The notes under the pieces: model-generated
Told to the model about the DNA's origin: nothing
Databases searched by the model: none
The model's input: only the letters and a program-made list of their open reading frames with translations
Shown: one piece after another, positions 42,087 through 51,796 of the stretch
Layout: every line of letters starts with the position of its first letter
Position numbering within the stretch: the first letter of the stretch is position 1
NCBI RefSeq assembly: GCF_006345805.1
Contig: NC_043001.1
Span: 84,382,001-84,446,000 of the forward strand
Reading direction: 5' to 3'
Origin: Octopus sinensis
Lineage: Eukaryota
DNA length: 64,000 nucleotides
Translations under genes and position numbers: made by a program

Positions 42087-42424
42087 TTGTGTGTGTGTGT
42101 GTGTTTATGTACATATATGTGTGTGTGTGTCAGTATGTCAGTGTGCGTCTGTGTGTGTGACTGTGTGTGTCTACTTAGATATGTTTATTTCTATGATATG
42201 TAAAAAAATAAGCTGAGTTTGAAGACGCGAAGAGTAATCCCAAAACCAGTTCACTCACCTACACTTCCATTGATTTCTTCTCCTACAACTGTCGACGTGT
42301 GTCGGCCGAGATGCCGTCTGTAGTATGAAGAATTCCGTCTGGTGCCGGCATTATGCTCTATGGCACTTTCAGTAGTACTACGCTTTCTGCATCTTAAGCA
42401 GCTAAACATGTTGGTCTGTCCCAT
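96..42424 (-). CDS. TGM1-like: Transglutaminase (protein-glutamine gamma-glutamyltransferase, invertebrate TGM1/annulin-like), spliced gene; 3' end beyond left edge, internal exon(s) missing at gap
   Basis: Join of 42259-42424, 29414-29641, 24631-24876, 19636-19754, 18373-18480, 16752-16926, [missing], 13194-13353, 10306-10385, 6472-6554, 4024-4222, 3687-3847, 96-232. Boundaries are GT-AG and phases are consistent. Motifs seen: LVLRRG, LFNP, GNWSG, GQCWVF, CCGPCPV, FAEVNAD, ISTKAV, FTNPL. Exact vertebrate orthology cannot be assigned from sequence alone. Confidence 0.95.
290..1310 (+). mobile_element. Decayed R4/Dong-like non-LTR retrotransposon fragments (a 3' end with TAA-type tail at about 290-470, then RT C-terminus, CCHC knuckle and restriction-like endonuclease)
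   Basis: Broken frames read [17 protein letters not shown]-like [39 protein letters not shown]. 322-436 matches 26113-26230. Confidence 0.8.
1640..2460 (+). mobile_element. RTE-clade LINE 3' fragment, interrupted by a SINE at about 1855-2030
   Basis: [11 protein letters not shown]...EI, LRTKV, MRCLR, LMRW...RMPKRIIYG...LARNRAEW, typical of RTE RT C-termini; contains stops and frameshifts. Confidence 0.7.
2866..3320. mobile_element. Diverged inverted repeat (arms about 2866-3030 and 3150-3320), Penelope pseudo-LTR-like, with degenerate hammerhead core
   Basis: AAGCAAGTTAGGCAAGTC...GGGTAGAGTTTTA is the approximate reverse complement of TAAAACTCTACCC...GACTTGCTTAACTTGCTT. CTGAAGA at 3087 and GAAACAACTGTTGGAG at 3159. 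Confidence 0.6.
3687..3847 (-). CDS. Transglutaminase exon, beta-barrel 1 end ([13 protein letters not shown]...VSETMQ...[11 protein letters not shown])
   Basis: GCAG| acceptor, |GTAAGC donor, 161 nt, phase 1-0; V.ET.Q and L..P motifs. Confidence 0.92.
4024..4222 (-). CDS. Transglutaminase exon, beta-barrel 1 (DMKFEIDV...FGSDV...SVFYTGV...QPKS)
   Basis: ACAG| acceptor, |GTAAGT donor, 199 nt, phase 0-1; conserved YTG. Confidence 0.92.
4584..4800. mobile_element. Mariner-type MITE (partial copies also at about 40985-41073 and 60130-60299)
   Basis: Imperfect TIRs TACGAGGGGTACTTGAAAATTCCTGG and CCAGGACTTTTCAGCACCCCTTCGTA, TA-flanked; the body is shared with the other copies. Confidence 0.75.
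5030..5432 (-). mobile_element. tRNA-derived SINE family B copy
   Basis: Reverse complement of the 15539-15929 element. Confidence 0.85.
6472..6554 (-). CDS. Transglutaminase exon ([28 protein letters not shown])
   Basis: CCAG| acceptor, |GTAAGC donor, 83 nt, phase 1-0; completes the EGS..ER motif. Confidence 0.9.
7808..7888 (-). ncRNA. Degenerate hammerhead motif in a Penelope pseudo-LTR-like repeat
   Basis: Minus strand TTTC-CTGGTGA-GAAGA...TCTTC-GAAA-CATATG-TC-GAGAG; A6 changed to G. Confidence 0.5.
9500..9885 (-). repeat. Tandem duplication (~180-bp unit) containing a 105-bp RTE-5'-end-like core
   Basis: 9580-9685 is almost identical to 9760-9865. The minus strand starts AGGCATCCGTCGCTCTCGAGAGACCATGGA, which from memory resembles RTE 5' UTRs. 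Confidence 0.8.
10306..10385 (-). CDS. Transglutaminase exon ([26 protein letters not shown])
   Basis: CCAG| acceptor, |GTAAGA donor, 80 nt, phase 2-1; G..ISTKAV...R.DVT..YK motif. Confidence 0.94.
10586..10677. repeat. 15-bp minisatellite (ACGACCACAGCAACC) x6
   Basis: Direct inspection. Confidence 0.9.
13194..13353 (-). CDS. Transglutaminase exon ([17 protein letters not shown]...[17 protein letters not shown]...)
   Basis: ACAG| acceptor, |GTAAGT donor, 160 nt, phase 1-2; conserved CGP and FAEVNAD motifs. Confidence 0.96.
14200..14299. other. Assembly gap (100 N)
   Basis: Run of 100 n; true size unknown. Confidence 1.
14422..14458 (+). ncRNA. Minimal hammerhead motif with weak stem II
   Basis: TCT-CTGATGA-AGGGATATCCGA-GAAA-CAGCTG-TA-AGA. 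Confidence 0.55.
15539..15929 (+). mobile_element. tRNA-derived SINE family B, near full length (other copies about 23500-23750+, 32630-33010-, 36510-36805+, 37860-38410+, 52045-52240-, 57640-58020-, 61180-61350)
   Basis: A-box-like TGGCAGTGTGG, B-box-like GGTTCAGTCCC, internal microsatellite, (GTAAAAGA)n tail; many dispersed copies in the window. Confidence 0.85.
16752..16926 (-). CDS. Transglutaminase catalytic-cysteine exon ([16 protein letters not shown]...[16 protein letters not shown])
   Basis: ACAG| acceptor, |GTTGGT donor, 175 nt, phase 0-1; active-site GQCWVF with Cys codon at 16780-16782. Confidence 0.97.
17062..17292 (+). mobile_element. tRNA-derived SINE family A with 23-bp target-site duplication
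   Basis: A-box TGGCAGAAACGTT, B-box GTTCAAATTC; TSD GACAATC(C/A)GCGTTTTCATTCTTT at 17036-17058 and 17293-17315. About 20 other copies are visible in the window. Confidence 0.9.
17490..17695 (-). mobile_element. SINE family A copy, inverted relative to 17062-17292
   Basis: Reverse complement begins AAGGCGGCGGGCTAG...CGTTAGCGCGCCGG and carries the same body. Confidence 0.85.
17750..17945 (+). mobile_element. Non-autonomous Helitron-like 5' fragment
   Basis: TATATAAAG start followed by a TGTCTGTGTG tract; resemblance only. Confidence 0.35.
18373..18480 (-). CDS. Transglutaminase exon ([36 protein letters not shown])
   Basis: GTAG| acceptor, |GTGAGT donor, 108 nt, phase 0-0; R..PV.V.R motif. 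This frame is not in the ORF track. Confidence 0.92.
19636..19754 (-). CDS. Transglutaminase exon ([25 protein letters not shown]...WNFRQ)
   Basis: CCAG| acceptor, |GTAAAA donor, 119 nt, phase 1-0; EYV...G.IY.G...WNFxQ motif. Confidence 0.95.
20122..21003 (-). mobile_element. Tc1/mariner DNA transposon relic with fragmented DDD/E transposase
   Basis: Imperfect ~26-bp TIRs (CAGGGTGC... / ...GCACCCTA). Minus-strand remnants [20 protein letters not shown] (QQD.AP.H) and [10 protein letters not shown] (WPPNSPDxNPxD). Confidence 0.8.
21114..21450 (+). mobile_element. tRNA-derived SINE family C (other copies about 1855-2030+, 12340-12460-, 22725-23100-, 30590-30750-, 33885-34210-, 44512-44600+, 53935-54065+, 63250-63570-)
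   Basis: A-box TGGCTCAATG, B-box GTTCGATTCC, shared core TTGAGCAAGAnACTTTATTTC...TGCTCCAG. Confidence 0.8.
22197..22410 (+). mobile_element. Non-autonomous Helitron-like 5' end
   Basis: A|TCTATTATATAAAA start, (CTGT)n tract, then CCGATT...AAATTTGG; the 3' CTRR hairpin was not located. Confidence 0.5.
23809..24055. repeat. Inverted repeat with ~75-bp arms (23809-23883 and 23980-24055) embedded in (TA)n
   Basis: TGATGAAATCTCCCGTTAGTTTCGATG...CAATGCTTATA versus TATAAGCATTG...CATCGAAACTAACGGGAGCTTTCATCA. Confidence 0.85.
24631..24876 (-). CDS. Transglutaminase exon ([10 protein letters not shown]...VGVWRM...[10 protein letters not shown])
   Basis: TCAG| acceptor, |GTAAGC donor, 246 nt, phase 1-1; end of beta-sandwich LFNP motif. 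Confidence 0.95.
25545..26050 (+). mobile_element. Non-coding retroposon flanked by (TAA)n; 3' part repeated at about 29077-29165
   Basis: Shared GGGTAGTCATnATGGGTATA...GCACTGC.CTCTCACT followed by a (TAA)n tail at both sites. Confidence 0.55.
26682..28250 (+). mobile_element. 5'-truncated R4/Dong-like LINE (RT, CCHC, restriction-like endonuclease) inserted in (TAA)n; further 3' fragments at 26095-26630
   Basis: [47 protein letters not shown]...[30 protein letters not shown]; frameshifts and stops; (AAT)n on both flanks. Confidence 0.88.
28303..29385 (-). mobile_element. Head-to-tail array of four SINE family A copies separated by (TAA)n/(CTA)n
   Basis: Repeated ...ATCGACCCCGAAAGGATGAAA...GGAATTTGAACTC...TTCTGCCAGCTCG units. 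Confidence 0.85.
29414..29641 (-). CDS. Transglutaminase exon, N-terminal beta-sandwich ([13 protein letters not shown]...HETDEY...LVLRRGFSF...LQFAF)
   Basis: TTAG| acceptor, |GTGAGT donor, 228 nt, phase 1-1; HxTDxY and LVxRRG motifs. Confidence 0.93.
30943..31295. mobile_element. Palindromic Penelope pseudo-LTR-like element (same family as 52870-53160)
   Basis: Arms 30959-31065 and about 31130-31235 are reverse complements; central (GCGGTCTCAGA) stutter. Confidence 0.75.
33690..33744 (-). promoter_or_regulatory. Possible internal alternative promoter with short non-coding exon
   Basis: Minus-strand TATAAA (33744-33739), TCA initiator-like site 29 nt downstream (33715), and consensus donor GAG|GTAAGT at 33690; sequence pattern only. 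Confidence 0.3.
34500..34930 (+). mobile_element. Penelope-like retroelement ORF remnant
   Basis: [11 protein letters not shown] at 34562 and [14 protein letters not shown] at about 34835; these are the diagnostic KGL.F.P and DKG motifs upstream of PLE reverse transcriptase. Confidence 0.8.
37371..37760 (+). mobile_element. SINE family A with duplicated body
   Basis: Head GGCGGCGAGCTGGCAGAAACGTTAG; the body recurs at about 37590. The same structure is present at 45200-45575. Confidence 0.85.
40220..41460 (-). mobile_element. Cluster of SINE family A copies with tandemly repeated bodies
   Basis: At least six ACCCCGAAAGGATGAAA...AATTTGAAC units in the same orientation. Confidence 0.85.
42259..42424 (-). 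CDS. Probable first coding exon of transglutaminase ([15 protein letters not shown]...GEEINGSV)
   Basis: ATG in strong context (ACAATGG), 55 open codons plus 1 nt, donor G|GTGAGT in phase 1 matching the phase-1 acceptor at 29641. Unique sequence in a repeat-rich region; possible CAG acceptor at 42454-42456. Confidence 0.7.
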
Positions 42425-42474
42425 TGTCTCTTAATAACTGGATTCCACGCAGGCTGTGTATATATATATATATT

Positions 42475-42518
<44 letters not shown>

Positions 42519-42736
42519 TGTGTGCGTGTGTGTGTGTGTTTCTAATTATATGTATGTCTGTGGGTGTGTAGGTGCGTTGGTGCTATGCGTGTGTAACCGG
42601 ATTGGACAGTCTCACATTCTCTCTACCTCTCCCTCCCCCAGCTTCCCACTCACTTTCTCTCTCTCAACTCTCCTCTCCTTTTCTTTCCCTCACTTTCTAT
42701 CTTTTAATGTCTGTTTGTCTAGTCTGTCTGTATGTA

Positions 42737-42783
<47 letters not shown>

Positions 42784-43616
42784 TCTAAGGGTGGCTCTTG
42801 GTATATTCCAAAGAATGGCTCTCAGTAGCAATAATGCTACAGAACCACTTGGTTTCAGTTTCAATCCCGTTATGTGACGCTTTAGGCCGATCTTTTTCCT
42901 TGTTCGTAGAATTTGGTGAACAATAACTGCATAGCGGCCGAAGATATACGCGCATGCGTATGTATCTTCTTTTCTGTTTGAGAGGGACTTCGCGTCACGG
43001 GTGACCGTTCGTGTATTCGTGTGTGCGAATGAAGATGTGTAAATATATGTACCAGTTACTAAGTTTATGCTTACCCCTGCCTGAAAACACTTTCGCTTTC
43101 GTTGCGGCACTTTATATCCTGTTATTTAACTGTTCGACAAACAGACATCGATAAATTATGTACCATACTGAAAGATTTGCTACGTTAGATATAATAAATA
43201 CATCAGGGCCTTTAGGGCTGTAATACAGTATGACAGTCCGTGTGTGTGTGTGTATGTGTATCACAATAATAATTCATGTTTTTGAACAGAATTATATTGC
43301 GAAAAAAAAAATGATAGTAATCTATCTTAAACTAAATATTTAACTTCGAAATATTTCTGAAATTTGACTAGAATTTTATTAACTGCAATTAAATTACGTA
43401 TACTTGTATTATGCATGTAGCTACTTGTGACGTCATTTCCGTTATTAGAGTTGTAATGCGAGCAGGAGTAGATCTTTCCGACAAAATCTGAATGTCAGTT
43501 GCCGTAGGATGAAGTTGTAAGAGTCAATGGTCAACAGCCTTCTCTTTCTCTTCCTCTCTTTCTCTTCCTCTCTTTCTCTCCCCCTTGACATATATATATA
43601 TATATGTGTGTGTATA

Positions 43617-43676
<60 letters not shown>

Positions 43677-43771
43677 CATACATACATCTACATGCACACA
43701 CACGTGTGTGTATGCATATATGTAAATCTATCTTTCTATGAGCATTTATGTATATATATATATATATATAC

Positions 43772-43811
<40 letters not shown>

Positions 43812-43812
43812 G

Positions 43813-43855
<43 letters not shown>

Positions 43856-43967
43856 CATACATGTACATGCACACACACGTGTGTGTATGCATATATGTAA
43901 ATCTATCTTTCTATGAGCATTTATGTTATATATATATATAAAAAGGTGGTGCCCCAGCATATGTATG

Positions 43968-44027
<60 letters not shown>

Positions 44028-45591
44028 TACACCTATCTCCCTACCTACCTATTTAACTCTCTCTTCCTCTCCCCCCCCCCCTCTATCTATCTATATGTCT
44101 GTCTTTTATATTAAGAGGTTTATGAGGAAGGAAAGTAAAAGTATGGGAAAAGCATACTTGGAAAGTGAAGGATTGCAATTACTATATTTTTGAATTAATT
44201 ACTTCTGCTTTCCCTTTTATTCCAAATCTACCGCCTCTCCAGCACCCTTAAAAACAATTATCGACACCGACAGCAACTCCTATACGAACACGACTAAGGC
44301 CAATGTCACCACCAACACCACCAACAACAATAACAACGCGTTTACCACAAGCGCTTTTACCGCCATTAACGCTATGTCATAACCACTACCACCACCACCA
44401 CCAACACCACAACCACCGCCACCGCTGCTGCCACCACTGCCGCCGCCGCCGCCGCCATCATTGCCACCACGTTTGCTACCATTCCACCATTATAATTGTC
44501 TTTATCGTGAAAGCGCGTGGCCTAGTGGTTAGTGTGATCGGCTCACGATCATAAAGTTGTGAGTCAAATTCCCGGCGACGCGTTGTGTCCTTCAGCAAGT
44601 AGGGTACAAAACAATATTTAGTTGCTAGAAGGCGGGGAGCTGTCAGAATCGTTAGCACGCCAGGCGAAATGCTTAGCGATATTTCGTGTCTTCACATTCT
44701 GAGTTCAAATTCTGCCGAGGTCGACTTTGCCTTTCATTCTTTCGGGTTCGATAAATCATGTACCAGTTGCGTACTGAGGTCGATTTAATCGACTGGCCCC
44801 TCTCCAAAGATTTCGAGCCTTGTGCCTAGAGTAGAAAATATTATAATTGTCATTATCACCGTTTCTCGAAAGTGGAAGGTCAAGAAGTTAAAGTACTGTA
44901 CTTATGACGATAAGGACGTAGTTTCGATTCCTGGATCGATCGGCAGTCAGTGTTCTTGAGTAAAGTTCATAATTTTTTATGTTGCTCCGACCTACACAGC
45001 TGAAAATTAATACCAGCTGACTACTTGTGTAACTTTTTATCTACCTCCAGCTAACTCTTCCTCGTTCTCTCGCTAAGTCACGGATTAGAGGAAAGAGTAC
45101 ATACATATGTCTGCTCGGAGCTACATATAATCGCGGCCAAAAGTTTGGAACATAGGTCTGAAAATAAAATTTTTATATCAAAGTTATATTTAATTTCCAG
45201 CGGTGAGTTGGCAGAAACGTTAGCACGCCGGGCGAAATGCTTAGCGGTATTTCTTCTGCTATTACGTTCTGAGTTCAAATTCCGCCGAGGTGGACTTTGC
45301 CTTTCATCCTTCGGGATCGATAAATCATGTACCAGTTGCGTACTGGGGTCGATATAATCGACTTAATCCGTTTGTCTGTCCTTGTTTGTCCTCTCTGAGT
45401 AGTAAAGAAATTGGTATTTCGTCTGTGTTTACGTTCTGAGTTCCACTTCCGCCGAGGTCAACTTTGACTTTCATCCTTTCGGGGTCGATGGATTAAGTAC
45501 CAGTTGCGTACTGGAGTCGATTTAATTGACTGGACCCCTCCCCCAAAATTTCTGGCCTTGTGCCTTGAGTAGAAATGAATAATAATAAAAA

Positions 45592-45628
<37 letters not shown>

Positions 45629-45654
45629 TATTATTATTATTATTATATTATTAC

Positions 45655-45706
<52 letters not shown>

Positions 45707-46191
45707 ACGATAACAGCTGTATGCGTGTAAACACACACGCACGCAACTGTTATCGTACACGCACACACGAGTTGTCGCAAAAGATCATTTCCCGGTTGTA
45801 GCTTAAATGACTTCAATAATATTTTTAAACATGGTTTAAAGAGCGAAGTTTATGTAAACAAGGCAGAAACACTTCAGCCAACAAGATTAATATTCGATAA
45901 CAATTAGTGCCTTTTGAGTCATAAAACTTACGAAAAAAAAAAGAAAAAAAAAGTCAGGGAACACTGCTGCAAACTAAAAACAAAAAAGTTTCACACCGAA
46001 AGACTGAAAATGGTTGGTATTTGTGGTATGTCGTATTCCATAATTGGTTCACTGTAATTTACAATGCCAAAATTTATTAATATATTCTATAGGACAAATT
46101 TTTAGAAAGCTTATTCAATATTTATAATGAAGAACATGCATATATACATTTATGTGTGTGTACTTATAAGCATATACATAGATACATAGAT

Positions 46192-46229
<38 letters not shown>

Positions 46230-46358
46230 GTTCAGAATTGAACAGCCGAAATTTGCTATGATGATTCGGTGTCTGACTGAAGATTGAAGGCTTCGAATGA
46301 TTTGTCTGTGTTCCGTGTTCGTCCCTTCCTGTATTTCACGTTCATTATATATAAAACA

Positions 46359-46404
<46 letters not shown>

Positions 46405-46600
46405 TAGTTAATCCAAACATGAAAACAATAACGTGAGGACGTGGCACAAGTATAGCGTTATTGGACGCTCAGGAAAGGAAAGAAAGGAGGAGGATTTAAC
46501 GTTTCGAGCGGAGCTCTTCGTCAGAAACATAGAAAAGGGAAAGATCCAAGGAATGGAAGATGGAGGAAAAAAGAATCGCCAACGATACACACGCGGTCAC
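46405..46600 (-). mobile_element. Short hammerhead-bearing repeat (Penelope solo pseudo-LTR-like), homologous to 59085-59295 (+)
   Basis: Near-identical ~200-bp copies in opposite orientations, both embedded in (TA)n, each with CTGACGA...GAAAC. Confidence 0.75.
46493..46528 (-). ncRNA. Minimal hammerhead motif
   Basis: Minus strand TTT-CTGACGA-A-GAGC(TCC)GCTC-GAAACGTTA-AAT with palindromic AACGTT. Confidence 0.65.
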
Positions 46601-46799
46601 ATTTCGAATATATATATATATATATAAATAAATGCGCCCTTTTAAAGTCTAGCCAGGGTCATGGGCCCGGTTCCCGGGGAGTGAGAGAAAGAGAGAGCCA
46701 GGGCCAGCCAGCCAGACGAGCAGATAGATAGATTGATTGATAAATAGAAAGATAGATTCATATGAATATATAAATATCTATCTATCTATCTATCGATCG

Positions 46800-46854
<55 letters not shown>

Positions 46855-46859
46855 GATCG

Positions 46860-46901
<42 letters not shown>

Positions 46902-48077
46902 TATCTATCTATCTTATCTATCTGCCTGTCTGTCTGTTGTCTGTCTATCTGCCTATATTTATTCTCAAGTTGGATGAGTAATATAAGTGTATAATTAAAA
47001 ATGTTCTCTATGAAATTATGAGATTTTGGTTTCGATTCCAGCCTGAGATATTTTAGACAAGTGCTATATTTTAGGTCCACGAGTTTATCTGCATATTGTA
47101 AGTGAAATTAGGTTGCTAGAAATTGTATAGAAAACTATCGGATCGATGTGCCTTTTATTCAAAACTCCTGTCTTTAAACACGCTGCATCATGATTATTGT
47201 ATGAGAATTATGTTAAGGTTACGCGTGTGGCTGGAATACTAAGTTTTGAAAGCATTAAATCAATGTGGCTCATACTTGAATTGAATGAACATGTGGTCGG
47301 TAATTCTGACCGAGACCTAATTCTATTGCGTATAAATATGTGTGCGCTTGTATATAGGTTTGCATGCACATATATATTCATTTACGATTCATATATATTC
47401 TGTGTAAATATATAAGTATGCATGTCATGTATGCATATGTATGTATATGAATGTGTGTGTATGTATGCATATATGTATTTTCGTGTGTATGTATGTATGT
47501 ATGTATGTATGTATGTATGTATGTATGTATGTATGTACGTATGTATGTATGGGGAATAATAATTTGCAGAAAACAGGCATGGTTATTCTATGCTTTATAG
47601 AACATACACGCATGTCAGCAAAATTACATAATAATTTCATAACAGTTGCTGAAATATGCTCTCTTGCACCACACCTCATCAGTGTTCTTCAATTAACACA
47701 ATGACCTGCTGAAAGCTCCAGTTTTCCTGTAATCAAATTATGAATTCTTCGTCAAAAAGGCGTAGCATATATTAGAGATAGACATTTGTAAATATCAATT
47801 TACGTAATGCATAGGTATTCACAATGCACAATGTTGTACAGACTGAACAGTAGACACCAGAAACAGCTGCAAAGTTTCGACGTATCCTCCTCTCACCTAT
47901 TGGTAAGAACCCTAATATGAATGTTAAAGTATGATAAACCCCTGTTTTCCTGATTTTCATGTCCCTCTGATTAATTATGTCTACTGGCTTCTATGTAACT
48001 ATTGTATAAATGTTTTGATACCACTAACATCCGACCGTCGAATTCCTAAAAATATTTCATCGAGTGCCCTTTTCTTA

Positions 48078-48161
<84 letters not shown>

Positions 48162-48712
48162 GTATGTGTACACAGACAGAGACACACACACATATATATC
48201 ATAAGCTAATATCAAGCTATGTGTAGGCGATCAAATTAAATACCGGTTAGTTATTGCGATTCAAAGAAGAGTTATCTTAGCTGAAAAATATATGGGATTG
48301 TTTGATAATGTTTGTCGAGTGTGTGAAAGTAAGGACTCTTGGACAATAGGGAAAGGGTGGAGTACAATAAATTACATCATGAGAGGAATTCGGGTGTTCA
48401 GTTTCAACGAATCCTATATTTGTCCAAATAGTCATACAACCACATGCATATATATATATATATAATATATGTATATATATATATGTATGTATGTATGTAT
48501 GTATCTATGTAAAACAAATGAATGACACTGTCAGAACTAATTTTGTTTCTTCCGCAAAAGCTTCACCCGATAGCTCTGGAAGGGATAAAGATTTCTCTTT
48601 ATAAAGTTTATTGAATTTTGATGTTGTCCAGCTTAGGATTGGTTTGGATTAAACATAGGAGTGGTGTGTGTGTGTATACATATATACATACATACATTCA
48701 TACATACATACA

Positions 48713-48745
<33 letters not shown>

Positions 48746-48778
48746 TATATTTATGCACTGGTGGCAAATAAATGAAAT

Positions 48779-48819
<41 letters not shown>

Positions 48820-48954
48820 TATATATATATTTATAAAGTTTGAGTATACATCTTGTAGTATGCCATTTAAAGCACATTCGCTATATCCACCTACTGATAT
48901 CATTAGCTGTGGCTTTTAAATCCATGCTATCTATCTATCTATCTATCCCCCCAC

Positions 48955-49020
<66 letters not shown>

Positions 49021-49059
49021 CAAGACACATTCGCATACATAAGCAAACTATATATATGT

Positions 49060-49510
49060 AGAAGCATGTTCGAGGTGATTCTCCCCTCCCCCTCTCTATA
49101 TTGGCCGCAATGTCGTAGAAATTGTCAGGTTCTTCATCTACCTGAGCTCGACAGTCACCAACAATGGTGACCTGACCTCGGAAGTCAAGCACAGATGTGG
49201 TCTGGTCGCCGGGGTCACGTACTCCCTATGGATGCCCGTTTGACACCACTGTTCTGTGTTCTGGAAGACGAAGCTCTGTTTCGACAGCGCATCGGTACCT
49301 CTCCATTCTCCTCTATGGAGAAGAAACGTGTCCTCTTTCGAAGATTCTGGCAAAGAGGACCAACGGCTTCGATTGCAGAGACCCGAAAACTACTGAGAGC
49401 ATTAGATCAGATAATACCATCACGTTTCCAACAAAGAACTGTGTGCACGCACACACCAGGCTGCAGCCTCCCAACTCACAGTTTCACGGACATGGCCTCC
49501 GTCTTTCACT
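49060..49510 (+). mobile_element. RTE-clade LINE fragment; endonuclease-like remnant also at about 49950-50135
   Basis: VEIVRFFIYLSSTVTNNGDLTSEVKHR and LSILLYGEETCPL...GFD; LMGNFN (GDFN-like) at 50030. Confidence 0.65.
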
Positions 49511-49513
49511 AGA

Positions 49514-49853
49514 GCAGTGGTTCACAGATGGTGCTCATATGACTCCTGAGGGTCCGTATAAGATTTTTAGCATCCATACAACAAACTAGTAAATTGGGGA
49601 CCCACAATAGTATTTTAAGAGCCCATGAAAAAATTTTGCTTTTGATATATGTATTGGTATGTATAGCAAGAAACAGCTAGGTTTATTTCTTGCATGTTCA
49701 ATCTATACAAGTTAGTGCGTGAAAGACAAAATAAGAACTTTGAAAGAAGTTTCTATAAAACTAGTTTTTAAACATCTGTTGACTATGGGAGTCTACCAGA
49801 ATAAAATAGTAATCAAAGGGGTCCATATATAAAAAGTGGTTTCGGATCCCTTG
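49514..49853. mobile_element. hAT-like MITE
   Basis: Begins CAGTGGTTC, has subterminal GGGTCC repeats and ends GGATCCCTTG; the TIR match is imperfect. Confidence 0.4.
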
Positions 49854-50415
49854 CGCTATATCATCCTACGGGGGCTTTAACCTCATTCGAGGCAGCAGCT
49901 GCACTGGAAGATGCTTGTAGCAGGGCCTGCACCAGAAGCTTGGACGTGTTGGAGAAGATATCCAGGAACACAACAGCAACATGGAGGATGTAGAGGAATG
50001 TAAAGGAAATCCCAAGTCAAAAAGATTAGTTGCTAATGGGCAATTTCAACACCGGAATCAACGCTGATCGTTACTCTTCAACAAGCATAGATGGACTACG
50101 AACATCTACAGTCGAAAAAGACAAAATAGAGCGAAGGTGTACCTTGTATGTATATGTGTGTATATGTGTGTGCGTGATGCGTGCATGTGTGTGTGTGTGC
50201 GCGTGCGCGTGCGTGCGTGCATGTGTGTGTGTGTGTGTGGTTTTATATTGAAACTTTAATACTAGAAAATGTGAAATCGCTAAATTTCCCACCGAACTAT
50301 CAACGCATCTCTCACCATTCTACGCCTCCACATATGCATAATATGCGTCTGTATACAACACACACACACACACACACACACTTATGTAAATATATGCATA
50401 TGTATATACATATAC

Positions 50416-50446
<31 letters not shown>

Positions 50447-50556
50447 CACAGATACATACATATATATATATATAGTATATATATATATATATATATATTA
50501 TAACACAGATACATATATATATATATATATTATATTATATCATATATATATATATA

Positions 50557-50593
<37 letters not shown>

Positions 50594-50888
50594 TATATAC
50601 ACACACACATGTATTTTCTCCAATTTCTTTCCAGTTTTTCGAGTTTGACAAACTTATTACAATATTTAGTTCTCCTTTATTTCCCCCCCCCTCTCCTTCT
50701 CCTCCTCCTCCTCCTCCTTATTCTACATCTACTATTATCGTAATTATAATCTTTAGTAGTAGTAGTAGTAGTAGTAATTTTTGTTGCCTGTTTTTGTTGC
50801 TCCGTAACTGCCGAACAAGTTGTTGATTATGGTCGTTATGTTTGTCAATTGCAGTCTTTCGGCTGGACTTGCTACACCGTGCTTCTAT

Positions 50889-50931
<43 letters not shown>

Positions 50932-50958
50932 CACCACCAATAACAACAACGTCAACTA

Positions 50959-51003
<45 letters not shown>

Positions 51004-51067
51004 TACTACTACTTCTGCTACTACTACTACTACCACCACCACCACCACCATAACAACAACAACGTCA

Positions 51068-51101
<34 letters not shown>

Positions 51102-51255
51102 GAGTATCAGAGGCGGTGGTGGCGCCAGCAGCAGTAGTAGTAGTCATCTTTGTTGTCATCGACCGTCGTCCCTGTCGTCGTTTTTGCTGTTGCTATCGCC
51201 GTTGCCATCCTGCTCTGTCTGTCTGTCTGCCTGTCTGTCTGTCTGTCCATCTCTT

Positions 51256-51315
<60 letters not shown>

Positions 51316-51746
51316 AACACGTACATACCAAAATTTAACAGATATGTCTGTCAAGTCAATACTGAAGTTTTCATTCAACGCCCGAAACGTGCAAACAAAC
51401 TTTTCTTTTTGTTGCTACCCTGATTAGTTGAAGTGGTAAACTTTCTTCACCTAAAACGTACCAATTTTTTGACAAAACATTTTTAGATTTCTTGCAGTTT
51501 ACCAGACACTAAATCAATAAATTTGCAGCACACACACACCACACACACACACACACCACACACACACACACACACATGTATATATATATATGTGTGTGTG
51601 CGTGTATTTAATCTATATCTGTCTGTTTGTATATATATATATATATATATATAAATATATCCATACATGTATGTGTATATATATATAAATATATATATAA
51701 ATATATAATATACATATATATGTGTAGATATAAACATATATATATT

Positions 51747-51796
<50 letters not shown>

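Noticed and set aside
50820-51427. Poly-Thr and poly-Leu ORFs (mucin-like)
   Set aside because: Pure (CTA)n/(CCA)n microsatellite translation.
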